Below, piece after piece: positions 37,801 through 49,800 of a stretch of DNA of 64,000 bases. Origin of the DNA: Somniosus microcephalus. Its lineage: Eukaryota. Position 1 is the stretch's first letter, and every line of letters begins with the position of its first letter. The notes under the pieces are model-generated. The model did not search any database. It had not been told where the DNA came from and saw only the letters and a list, made by a program, of their open reading frames with translations. Location of the stretch: contig CM126223.1 in NCBI GenBank assembly GCA_052327205.1, positions 23,498,001 through 23,562,000 of the forward strand, in the 5' to 3' direction. The translations under genes and the position numbers were made by a program.

Positions 37801-40800
37801 AAAGCTTCAAGTCAAGTCATCAGCAAATGTAATGGTACAAAACCCTCGTCATCATTCACTAACATTGTGGAGAAACAGGGGTTCCCGGGAAACATTTTTT
37901 TTGAAACAAGAATCTTTTGAACATTTAAAATCCTTCAAGATTTTGCGTAACACAACTTCCATCTATGTATTATAGCTGATTTAGCCCAGTTTACTGTAAC
38001 TGGAACTTTTCAGACTTCCTTGATGAAAACTGCAGTGTAAATTCCATTCAATATATCTGCCATATCCTCAGCATCTTTAACATTTCCATCCAATTTATTC
38101 TTCAATGGATCCATTCACAGAATCACAGAAACCCCACAGTGCAGATAGAGGCCATTTCGGCCCATCGAGCCTGCACCGCCACATATCCCACCCGATCCCC
38201 GTAAACCCACGTATTTAATCCCCCTAACACTAAGGGTCAATTTATCATAGCCAATCAACCTAACCCGCACATCTTTGGACTGTGGGAGGAAACCGGAGCA
38301 CCCGGAGGAAACCCACGCAAACACGGGGAGAATGTGCAAACTCCACACAGACAGTCACCCGAGGCCGGATTCGAACCCGGGTCCCTGGCGCTGTGAGGCA
38401 ACAGTGCTAACCACTATGCCACCATGCGATTAAAACAGTAGCAAAACTGCGTATTCCTCGAGCACTCCTGGGCAATTTGTTTTTCTATTGCTCTCATTTC
38501 AACTACCCGCAGTGGCACTTGGTATTTCTGGTGATTTTACGGTTCCTTCCACTCCATCAACCCACTCCAGGCTAGATCTTGCTAGATTTCAATTTTTAAC
38601 AAGAGAATATTCTTGCTTGCCCCATCCTGTAGAATAGCTTTTAATACATTCAATTTTACCTCATTTTATTTTTCAGATAGTTCACCTAAATCTGTGGAAC
38701 ACTCTCATCTGGAAGTATACATTTTTAGCAGTATTACATTAACGTTACAAGAGAGCTGGCAGCTTGTTCAGAATTATTCAGTTTGTTTAAAATAAGGTTA
38801 GTATGCAGTGCAGAGCTGGGTGTGCACCTCCAGAATAGTACCTCCCCTACAAATGGAAGTGCTACTTTAAACAGGTTCCAGATAACAGGTCTGGGAAGCA
38901 GCATGGTTTAAACTGGCAATATGAGAGGGATATGCTGAACCCTCTCTAGCAACCAGAGACACTTCTGGCAAGGCTGGGCAGAGGTGCATAAAAATCCACA
39001 CAACAGGTTCTTTGGCAAGCCCTATAAGGGGCTCTGCTGCAGCATAAAGCTGCTTACCACCACCACACACCCCCCCCCCCCCCCCATTCTGCAGGATGAA
39101 TTTAACATTCTCACCTACTCCTGGACTCATGTTAGTTAGTTGTCTATGCGGCAGGGAGCTACTTCAGGAAAAGCAGTGTCCAGTCAGGAGGTAAGAGTGG
39201 GGAGGAAGAGAGGGTAGTGCCAGGGATGTGCTCTCGGGTTAGTTCTAGAATAATGTGGTCTTAAAGCTGAGCCACGCTACAGCCTCATTGAATCCCTCGG
39301 AGGACTGGCTGATTAACATGAATAGAATGCCAGAACTCCAAGTAACCCATAACGCACAGAAAGGAATAGGAATCACTGATTTGGAAGGCAAGGCAGAGGG
39401 AAGTCCTTTTGATGCTCAAAGATGGAGAGCATAATGTGGAAGCTCCCTTCTGGAAATCTGGGATGATGAAGATTAGATGCTCCTTGGCAAGTTCGCAAGA
39501 TACTCAAGGACAAGGCAGGCTACTGGATCAATCCCAATTCAATCGTTCTGAAAGAGGCTACAGACACCACCCATTGATGCATCCAATTGTTTCTTCAACT
39601 ATTCCAGGGATTTTGCCTTTGCTGCTATGCCTCGAAGTTCATTCCAAGTGCCGATTACACACTGAGAAGAAGAACGACCCGATATTTAACGATGTTTAAT
39701 TTAAAGCAGTATTCTGAGTAAACCTTTTCCGCACCATTTATTATGTAGAAGATCATTCCTCAGTTGCCTCCTTTCCAAGTCTCTCCAGTCTTTTCGCATC
39801 ACTCAGGTCCCTGACACGAGGGATCAATTTTGTGGATCCTGCACTGCCTCCAGCCTTTGAATGTCTTTTCTGTTTCTCAGCAACCACAACTGGACATGAC
39901 TAAAGATGCAGTCTGACCAGAGCACTGTGATAATGACTTCCTCTGACTTATATTCTACTATTTTGGCTATGTAGCTCAACATTCTATTGGTTGCTACTCT
40001 GTACTGGTTACACACATGAAACATCCAGTCTACCAAGACTCCTAGGTCTCTTTCAACTTCATGGCTAGCTATTGCAATACCGCTCACGGAATGGATATGC
40101 AACCTATTGTTCCTTCATGTGTCATACATTTGTCGTCATTAAATTTCATCTGCCAATGTTCAACCCATTCACACCTTTTGTTTAATTCATTCTGCAATTT
40201 CTGGACGGCCTCTTGCAATTCCACTGCCCTACCTAATTTGGTATCACCTGCAAACTTGACAAATGTGCATTCAGTTTCTGAATTCAAGTCGCTGCAGTAA
40301 ATTAGAAACAGTAGTGGTCCCAGCACCGAGCCCTGTGGCACCCAACTCAGAGCTTCCCCCACCATGACATTAATCCCTTAACCAGCACCGGTTGTTTTCA
40401 GCCCGTCGGGCAATTTCCTATCACCGTGAATCCCCTAGCTTTGAACTCGACTAGTAACCTCTTTTATGGAACTTTATCGTAAAGCCTGTTGGAAGCCTAA
40501 GTGCACAATGCTGTAGGGTTGGTTTGTCACTCCCTCAAAGAAACCAAGGGGGTTGGGCTGGCAGGAGTTGTCAATGTTCCCCCTAAGGTGCGTGGCTGTG
40601 CGCAGGCCGCTCACTAGCGATGCTGCTGGAAGAGAAATGATGCATGTGTAGCCACTGCAAATTAAAGGGCCCGCGCAGGGGAAAAACAAATTGGAGGGGA
40701 TATTGTATATCATCACTTAAAGCCTCGTTACCGGTTTACTAGATTGCTGTTGTATAGATACTCCTCAAATTTACTCCCGATAATGGAGTCCATTATTTTA

Positions 40801-43800
40801 CATGGAACGAGAGAAAGATTAGTAGGTATGCTGTTGCCGGTGTGTTTTGTCACCCTTTCTGTAAACGGGCAGCACATTCGGCCATTTCTACTGGTATCTC
40901 CCCAGTGTCCAAAGCCTCCTTCATCATAATGACAGTCACAAATCTCTTTCCCATTTTCTCATAGCACTTGAATGAATATAATCTATCCCAGGGGATTTAT
41001 TTATTTAATTTAAGCCCTTTCAACTTGCCTGGGACTTTTATTATCTATATATTGAAGTCCTGAATTTTACTGGTACTTTTTGGCGAGGAGGGCATGTTCG
41101 TGTCTTTCCTTGTGAATAATTGAGGAACTAATTATTCAGAATATTTACCATTTCACACTCATCCTCCGTTTCAATTTAATTTGCTTCTTCTAACGTTCAC
41201 CTCTTTTCTTGCCATCGTTAACACTGAAAGATTTTTTTACTGTTAGTCTTTGCCACTGCAGCTATACTTAAAAACAGGTCTCTTTTGCCCCTCCAAATCA
41301 ACCTTTTGACATGTTGGCACGTTTCTATATTCTTTCCAGTGAATCACTTCCCTGATCTTCCTGCAAGATTTGTAGGTCATTTTTCCACTTTAAGCTTGAT
41401 CTTAATTCATTTAGAGCCTGACTTTTTAGTCTGAGCTTACTAATCTTAGGTACCCATTTGTCCTGCATGCTCAGCATTATTCTTTTAAAAGGTGCTCCAT
41501 TTGTCTTTGAGCTGGTCGTGGGCATCTGCCTCCAGTCTATTTCTTTTCATTCTTCCTGCATTTCTTTGAATTTGGCCCTTTTCAAATAACATGCAATCTC
41601 CTTCAACTGGGTTCAAGGATGACAGGAGACTGTCTGGACATTACGCTGGTTTTCACAAGTTGTGATGTTTACACAACAACAACACCTTGTATTTATATAG
41701 CATCTTTAACGTAGTAAAACGTCCCAAGGTGCTTCACAGAAGCATTATAAAACAACATTTGATACCGAGCCACAAGGAGAAATTAGGGCAGATCAAAGAG
41801 TTGGTTTTAAGGAGCATCTTAAAGGAGGAGAGAGGTCGAGAGGTGGAGGTGTTTAGGGAGGGAATTCCAGAGTTTAGGGCCTAGGCAACAGAAGGCATGG
41901 GCACTAATGGTGGAGCGATTAAAATCAGGGATGCTCAAGAGACCAGAATTGGAGGAGCGCAAATATCCCGAAGGGTTGTGGAGCTGGAGGAGATTATAGA
42001 AATAGGGAGGGATGAGGCCATGGAGGGATTTGAACACAAGGATGAGAATTCTGAAATCAAGGCGGTGCTTAACCGGGAGCCATTGTAGGTCAGCGAGCAC
42101 AGGGGTGATGGGTGAATGGGACTTGGTGCGAGTTAGGACACGAGCAGCAGAATTTTGGATGACCTCAAGTTTACAAAGGGTAGAACATGGGAGGCCAGCC
42201 AGGAGTGCCTTGGAATAGTCAAGTCTAGAGGTAACAAAGGCATGGATGAGGGTTTCAACAGCAGATGAGCTGAGGCAGGAGCGGAGGAAGGCGATGTTGC
42301 AGAGATGAAAATAGGCAGTCTTTCTTCTGGTGCAAATGTGGTCAGAGTCAAATATGACACTAAGGTTGCGAACTGCAGATGTTCTACAGAGATGACAATG
42401 GGTGAAGGTCTCATTTGAAACCAATTTCTTGGAGGCCTGTCCCGAATCTTAAAATATCAGGTGTATGCTGACACCACACTCACTTTTATAGCCATTATAA
42501 AGTGGAGGTAGATGAAGAATAAACAACTTTTTTAATAACAAGATTTCAGGAGTCCTCTCTGCACCAGAAGGAAGCAGCTATAACATACTCCTCCATGCAG
42601 CATTAATCAGAAAGCCATAGAGAAAGCATGCCTAGAGCAGAAAGAGTGCTTACAGAAGTTCTGCAGGGAAAATGTGATGGTCTATCTGCAAAATAGAAGG
42701 GGGGTGAACTCTGATAATTTTGAGTGGTCCAGCCTTCATGTCAGGAGGAAGAAACACCAAGTCCAGGAAGCCAGGGAAAAAAGTTGACTAGGAGATAGGA
42801 GAGCACTTGGAGGAATAAAAACAGAAAATGCAGAGTTAACTTTTCAGGTCGATGACCTTCCATCATGTAGTGTATGTGCCTTTAAGAGCCCCATGTGTAC
42901 TGTAATGCCAGTAATGGCCACTCGGGCTATATAAGCCTGTATATTGTGTTGTATCCGTTAGTTCCCCTCCAGACTTTGTTTAGTAAACACCTATGAACCA
43001 AACTCCTGTCTTCAGTGTCTCTATCAACACACAGATACAACAGTGGCGACGAAGTGGAAACGGACTTACCTGCAATTCGGCAGCACCTCAAGGACATCGA
43101 TTCCTCTGGCGTCCAGAAGAATCAAGAAAGTGAAAGAAGCTGTGGTTTCACCAGCTGGCCAAGCTGGTGGCAGGTACTGCGCTAATCCTTCCTGGACGTC
43201 AGGCTGGGGCTCCAGCGGCTGGCTCTACAGCTGGGACAAGCAGCGAAATCGGAGGCAATCAGTAACAGATGGGGAGGGAGCACTCGGGAGACGGCCGGCG
43301 CTGCAAGCAGGTCGGCGTTCAGGCCTAGAGAGAAAGTCCGGCGGGAACGAGTCTCCAACTGTAAATAAAGAAATAAAGAACGGAAACCGCGGGAAACAGC
43401 GTCGTCATCGGCAGCAGCGGCGGGAAAGCGCTGGAAGCGCCATATCTTTTCTGCAGAAAAGAAAGAAAAGCGCGGGAAGCGCCATGTCTTTTCTAAGATG
43501 CCTAAGTCTGGCAATATTGATGCTTTTGATAACGAGATAGAGGATTGGACCACATATGTGGAAAGGGTGGAGGTATATTGCACTGCAAATGGAATAGAAG
43601 ATGAAAAAAAAGCTTCAGTACTGCTAAATCTAATGGGCGCACACGGGCTGTTGCGAAATTTAATCACTCCAGCCAAACCAAAGGACAAGAATTTTAAAGA
43701 AATTGTTGATACCCTACAGGAGCACTTAAACCCAACACCGCTGCTGGTAGCGGAACGATTCAAATTCTTCAAGAGAAATCAACACAAGAATGAAAGTAAC

Positions 43801-46800
43801 GCTGATTACCTCACCGAATTAAGAAAGCTATCAAAACACTGCCAATTCGGGGCAGGACTAGCAGATTATCTTCGAGACAAATTCGTCTGCGGTCTCCTAA
43901 GTGAAGGAACACAGAAAAGGCTGCTTTCTGAAAAAGATTTAACACTGGACAAGGCTTTCAGTATGGCTGTATCATACGAAGCAGCCGCAAAAGGAGCTGC
44001 AGAGATACAACAAAAGACACAGGACTTCGGCACCCATGAAATGACACAGGGTTTCGAGAGATGTTATCGCTGCGGCAGATCCACCCATGACCAGAGGGAC
44101 TGCTGGTTCAAGAACAAAGCATGCAGGCAATGCGGAAAGATTGGACACATTGCATGGGTATGCCGATCTGGACAAAATAAATCCACAGACAGGAAAAAAA
44201 AAAATCAATAAAGGTACAAATGATGACGGACAGTAGCTCCGAAGACCAGAAGAGCGATAGCGACTCCGAAAACAAGAGACTAAGCTGTCTCAAATTACAT
44301 AATGTACTTGCCAAAGATGATTACCAGACCATTTGGGTTACCCTCACGATAGCAGGGTCCCCAGTTAAAATGGAGCTAGATACAGGATCAGCTCTGACCG
44401 TCATAAATCAACGGGATTACGAGCGGCTATTTCCGCATATACCTTTAAAAGACACATCCATTATCTTGAAAACATATACGGGGCAGAAAGTATACCCCAA
44501 AGGAAAAGTAAGGGTGCCTGTTGTACACAACGGCAAGGAAATACAAAAGTTGTATTTATACATTCTACAAGATGGTGGCCCACCGCTGTTGGGACGTGAA
44601 TGGATCAGGAAAATACGTTTAGACTGGCACTCCATTCAGGCACTGACGGTGACCAGTAAGAAAAAAAACGATGATGACGTCATACCTGAATGATTAAAAG
44701 ACATCTTGGCCAACGCCAAAGAAGTGTTTCAAGAGAAACTAGGAACCTTGAAAGGCATCACCGCCTCAATAAAAGTGGAAGATGCAGCAATTCCCAAGTT
44801 TTTTAAAGCAAGACCGGTGCCATACGCAATTCGTCCAGCAGTCGAGGCAGAGCTGGAGAATTTGGAAAATGCAGGCGTATTATCCAAAATAGATTGGAGC
44901 GAGTGGGCAACACCCATCGTTCCAGTCATGAAGAAAGCATTGAATAATGATAAATCTGAAGAACAGAGAAAAATTCGCATCTGTGGAGACTTCAAGGTGA
45001 CGGTAAACCTGGTCTTTCACACGGTACAGTATCCTCTTCCAAGGATAGAAGATATTTTCGCCTCACTATCCGGAGGGAAACGTTTCACCAAAATTGACTT
45101 GGCACAGGCATATCTACAGATGGAGGTTGAAGAGGCCTCTTAAAAAAAAATCTCACGATAAATACACACAAAGGTCTGTACCAGTACAATCGACTGGTTT
45201 TCGGAGTAGCATTCGCTCCAGCTATCTGGCAAAGAGCTATGGAGCAAGTCCTCCAAGGGATTCCGGGGACTCAATGCTACCTAGACGACATCCTTGTAAC
45301 AGGAGAAAACGACAACGAGCACCTTGCCAATTTGGAGCAGGTGCTCACTAGGCTGAGAGAACGGGGCCTACGAGCAAATCGCCCCAAGTGCAAATTTTTC
45401 CAAAATCAAATATCATATTGTGGCCACATAATTAATAAGGAAGGGTTGCATAAGTCACCTGAAAAAATTGAAGCGGTCATAAAAGCCCCAGCACCTGAAA
45501 ATGTTTCACAATTAAGGTCGTTCCTGGGATTAATAAATTACTATCATAAATTTTTACCGAACTTATCAACTCTTCTACACCCTCTTAATGAACTGCTACA
45601 AACAGGAGTAATTTGGAAATGGAGCGAAGACTGTAAACGTGCCTTCCATAAATGCAAAGACTTAATCACATCCAAAGAAGTTTTGGCTCATTACAACCCA
45701 TCACTGCCAATCAGACTGGCGTGCGATGCATCCCCTTACGGCATAGGAGCAGTATTATCGCATAAATTCCCTGATGGCTCGGAACGGCCGATAGCTTTTG
45801 CGTCACGCTCACTGAACTCAGCTGAGCGTAACTATGCCCAAATCGACAGGGAAGCACTCAGCCTGGTATGGGGAGTGAAGAAATTCAACCATTACCTACA
45901 CGGACAAAAATTTACCTTGTTGACTGACCATCAACCCCTCATCTCCATATTCAACCCTAAAAAGGGTGTTCCCATTATGACAGCGCAAAGGCTACAGAGG
46001 TGGTCCCTTTTTCTAGGGGCACACCAATACAACATAGAATACAAAGGATCAAAACAGCATAGGAATGCTGACGGGTTATCGCGCCGACCGTTGCCAACGG
46101 TAGAAGAGGCACCTACAGTAGACCCAGTGGAGATGTTCCACTCAACCATAGTGGAATGTCTACCAGTAACAAATTCTGCCATTCAAAAGGAAACGAGAAA
46201 TGACCCGACTCTCTCACGAGTCTACGACTTAACGGTGAAGGGATGGCCAGCACATGGCGAACCACTGTTGCCAGCATTCTCGCAAAGAAGAGAACAGCTG
46301 TCAGTGTGCCGAGGAACCTTGATGTGTGGATCCAGAGTGGTGATTCCACCCAAACTCCAGGATAAAGTGCTAAAGGAGCTTCACGAGGGGCATCTGGGTG
46401 GAGTGAAAATGAAGAACTTAGCCAGAGCGTTTGTATGGTGGCCAGGTATCGATGGAGACATAGAAGAAATGACCAAGAGCTGCCTAGGATGCCAGAAGGT
46501 CCAAAACGCTCCACCCCAAGCCCCTCTACATCCATGGGAGTGGCCCTCATCTCCCTGGCAAAGGGTACACATCGACTTTGCTGTCCATTTATGGACTCGA
46601 TGTTCTTAATCGCGGTGGATGCACACTCCAAGTGGCCGGAGGTAATAAAGATGTCCTCCACCACCACGGAAAAAACCATCACAGTATTAAGGACCGTATT
46701 TGCCAAGAATGGGCTGCCGGAACAGATCTGTTCCGATAACGGACCACAATTTGTGTCCGAAGAATTCAGGAAGTTCTTAAAAAACAATGGGGTTAAGCAC

Positions 46801-49800
46801 TACACGTCTGCCCCATACCATCCCGCCACCAATGGATTGGCTGAAAGGTTTGTCCAGACCTTCAAGAAGGCCATGGTTAATGAAGATATAAAACTTCAGC
46901 ACAAGGTGGATAACTTCTTGTTCGCATACAGGAATGCAACACATATGGTTACAAACCAAACTCCCGCCATGATGTTCTTCAATAGAAGCCTAAGATGCCG
47001 GCTGGATTTGATCAAGCCCAACATCAGGAGGGACGTGGAGAACCGGCAATTTCAAGGCATGAATGAAAGGCCAACAAGTTTTGGCCCGGGACTACCGTAC
47101 CGAGAAATGGCAGCCTGGAACTATCTGCACACAACTAGGACCGCTGATGTATACCGTGGACATCGGAGAAAGCATAATAAGGCGCCATACTGACCAAATC
47201 ATAGAGTCATCCAAAAAGGGACAACCTACACCACAACTCCATACGCCTAACGATGAAGTAGAGATACCCATATCTACCTCCGATCCAGTGATACTGGAAC
47301 CCGATGAACCCGACACTGGCATTCAAGCCGAATCAGCCTTGCCAAAAGAACCTATTGCACCACCAGAAACTACTACACCACCGAGGCGTTATCCGGACCG
47401 AGTCAGGAAGCCTCCAGAGAGACTGACTTATAATTAATTAACTGCAGCAATGTGTATATTATTTTTCTTATAACATGTAATTAATAATTACTTAAAATAT
47501 TATGTACTGGTTAGCTAAAAGGGGAGGAATTGTAGTGTATGTGCCATTAAGAGCCCCATGTGTACTGTAATGCCGGTAATGGCCACTCGGGCTATATAAG
47601 CCTGTATATTGTGTTGTATCCGTTAGTTCCCCTCCAGACTTTGTTTAGTAAACACCTATGAACCAAACTCCTGTCTTCAGTGTCTCTATCAACACACAGA
47701 CACAACACATCAGAAGAAAGGTCATCGGCCTGAAACTTTAATTCTTTCTCGCTCCACAGATTCTGCCTGACCTGCTGAGTATTTACAGCATTTTCTGTTT
47801 TTATTTCAGATTTCCAGCATCCATAGTACTTTGCTTTCGTATGAGGGCTTGGAGGAGTTCCACTATCTGCAATGACAATAGGGCCAGCAGTAAAGCAATG
47901 GTCCGGAAGCCAACAGACCAGTTTGTCAAGTGGAGCAGACCGCCTGCTACAGACATTGAGGACAAGAACATGAAGTGTCAGTGACCAACCAGACACCAAA
48001 CTTGAATTTAAAGGCTGGCCATTCAGCCAACAACCAATTAACAGTGTAAATGAGGGTGCATTGTCCAGCATACTACAGGAAAAGGAAAACGCTTGACTGC
48101 GAACTCTAAACCTAGTGGAGATTCAAAATCCACTCTACCTCAGAGCCAACCTCTCCCGCTCAGCCTAACTCAGTCAGCTTTTTATATTACTAGTAGTAAG
48201 AGAGCAAAAATTCATCTAGAGTTCAGCAGCTAAAAATGCTGTATTTGGGTACAGCCAAAGTTTGAAACAAAATCTATAGCTGTGCTCATGAATATTTTTA
48301 CTTCAGGTTAGACAGAACAGAAATATTCCACACATTACTGAAAGCTAGTAACAACACTGATGAAGACAGTATGCAAGCTTGTTGTGCAACCAATGCATAA
48401 ATAGGCAAATAGATTGCATTAAAAACAGTGTTAGCTGAGCTTATGTAGACAGTGCAAGATATGTGCTTGTCTCAAAAGTTAAAGTGTATCAAGTGCCTGA
48501 AATTTCAATCGAAGCATTTTAGTCCACAACCATGTCCTACATGATGTGACTATCCCAGATTAATCTGCAATGCACGTAACAAAATTCTTTTCTCTTTTTA
48601 AAAAAAAAAAAATGGTATTCCATTTGCTTCTTACCTTCTTCCACAGGCTGGTCTTTTTCTGCCCTGTCCACTCTAACTGGAGTAGAGGCATTTGATCCTT
48701 GTACATCTTCCTCTCTGTGGATAAACATCATACAAAAGAAAAATATTTCCTGAATCCAAACAAACAGTACTTAAAGTTTTGTTCTGTAGAATAATACTTT
48801 CCCCTCCTGCAAGGTACAGTTCCAGAAGTGCCAGTCTCCCTCAAATTAAAAAATTTTTCTTCATGAGGCAAGACAGTGATTTGCCAGCAGGCTACGCCAG
48901 CCAACTCAGTTCTGTCCCCACCCAACATCAAAAGGGGTAAATTCCAACTGGGGTCACTTATTAGGTGTGAGAATCCTCATTGAATTTCTCTCCCTGTCAG
49001 AGTGAGAGTGACCATTTGCAGCACCTATTGGTACCTGGCCGCGATCAACTATCTTGGCACAGACCTCATTACAGCCTTGGTCCAAACATGGACAAAAGAG
49101 CTGAATTCCAGAGGTGAGGCGAGAGTGACTGCCCTTGACATCAAGGAGCCCTCGTAAAACTGAAGTCAATGGGAATCAGGGGGAAAACTCTCCACTGGCT
49201 GGAGTCATACCTAGCACAAAGCAAGATGGTTGTGGTGGTTTGGGGGGGGGGGGGGGGGGGAAGAAGGGGTCAATCATCACAGCCCCATGACATCGCTGCA
49301 GGAGTTCCTCAGGGCAGTGTCCTAGGCCCAACCACCTTCAGCTGCTGCATCAAAGTCCTCTCCTCCATCATAAGGTCAGAAGTAGGGATGTTCGCTGATG
49401 ACTGCAGTGTGTTCAGTGCCATTTGCAACTCCTCAGATAATGAAGTAGTCCACGCCCGCATGCAGCAAGACCTGGACAATTCAGGCTTGGGCTGTTAAGT
49501 GGCAGGTAACATTCGCGCCACAGAAGTGCCAGGCAATGACTATCTCCAACAAGTGAGTGTCTAACCACTGCCCCTTGACATTCAATGGCATTACCATTGC
49601 CGAATCCCCCAACATCCCGGGGGTCACCATTGACCAGAAACTTAACTGGACCAGCCACATAAATACTGTGGCTACAAGAGCAGATCAGAGGCTGGGTATT
49701 CTGCTGCGAGTGTCTCACCTCCTGACTCCCCAAAGCCTTTCCACCATCTACAAGGCACAAGTCAGGAGTGTGATGGAATACTCTCCACTTGCCTAGATGA

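Larger units (their letters stand above)
42866..47707 (+). mobile_element. Full-length Ty3/Gypsy LTR retrotransposon (Mag-like), inactivated
   Basis: 177-bp TG...CA LTRs, 5-bp TSD CATCA (42861-42865 and 47708-47712), PBS, PPT; gag with two CCHC knuckles followed by PR-RT-RH-IN. Confidence 0.97.

Noticed and set aside
40572-40705. Small hAT-like element (CAATGTTCCCCCTAA...TTGGAGGGGATATTG) within a CR1
   Set aside because: TIRs match only 11/15 and no TSD is visible; too weak to call
43043-43540. 165-aa ORF in the Gypsy leader as an extra gene
   Set aside because: It starts at a GTG in the PBS, is low-complexity and has no recognisable domain; most likely the untranslated leader
44190-44220. 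Programmed gag-pol frameshift at the A run
   Set aside because: The element has several other frameshifts, including another in an A run, so mutation or sequencing error is the simpler explanation
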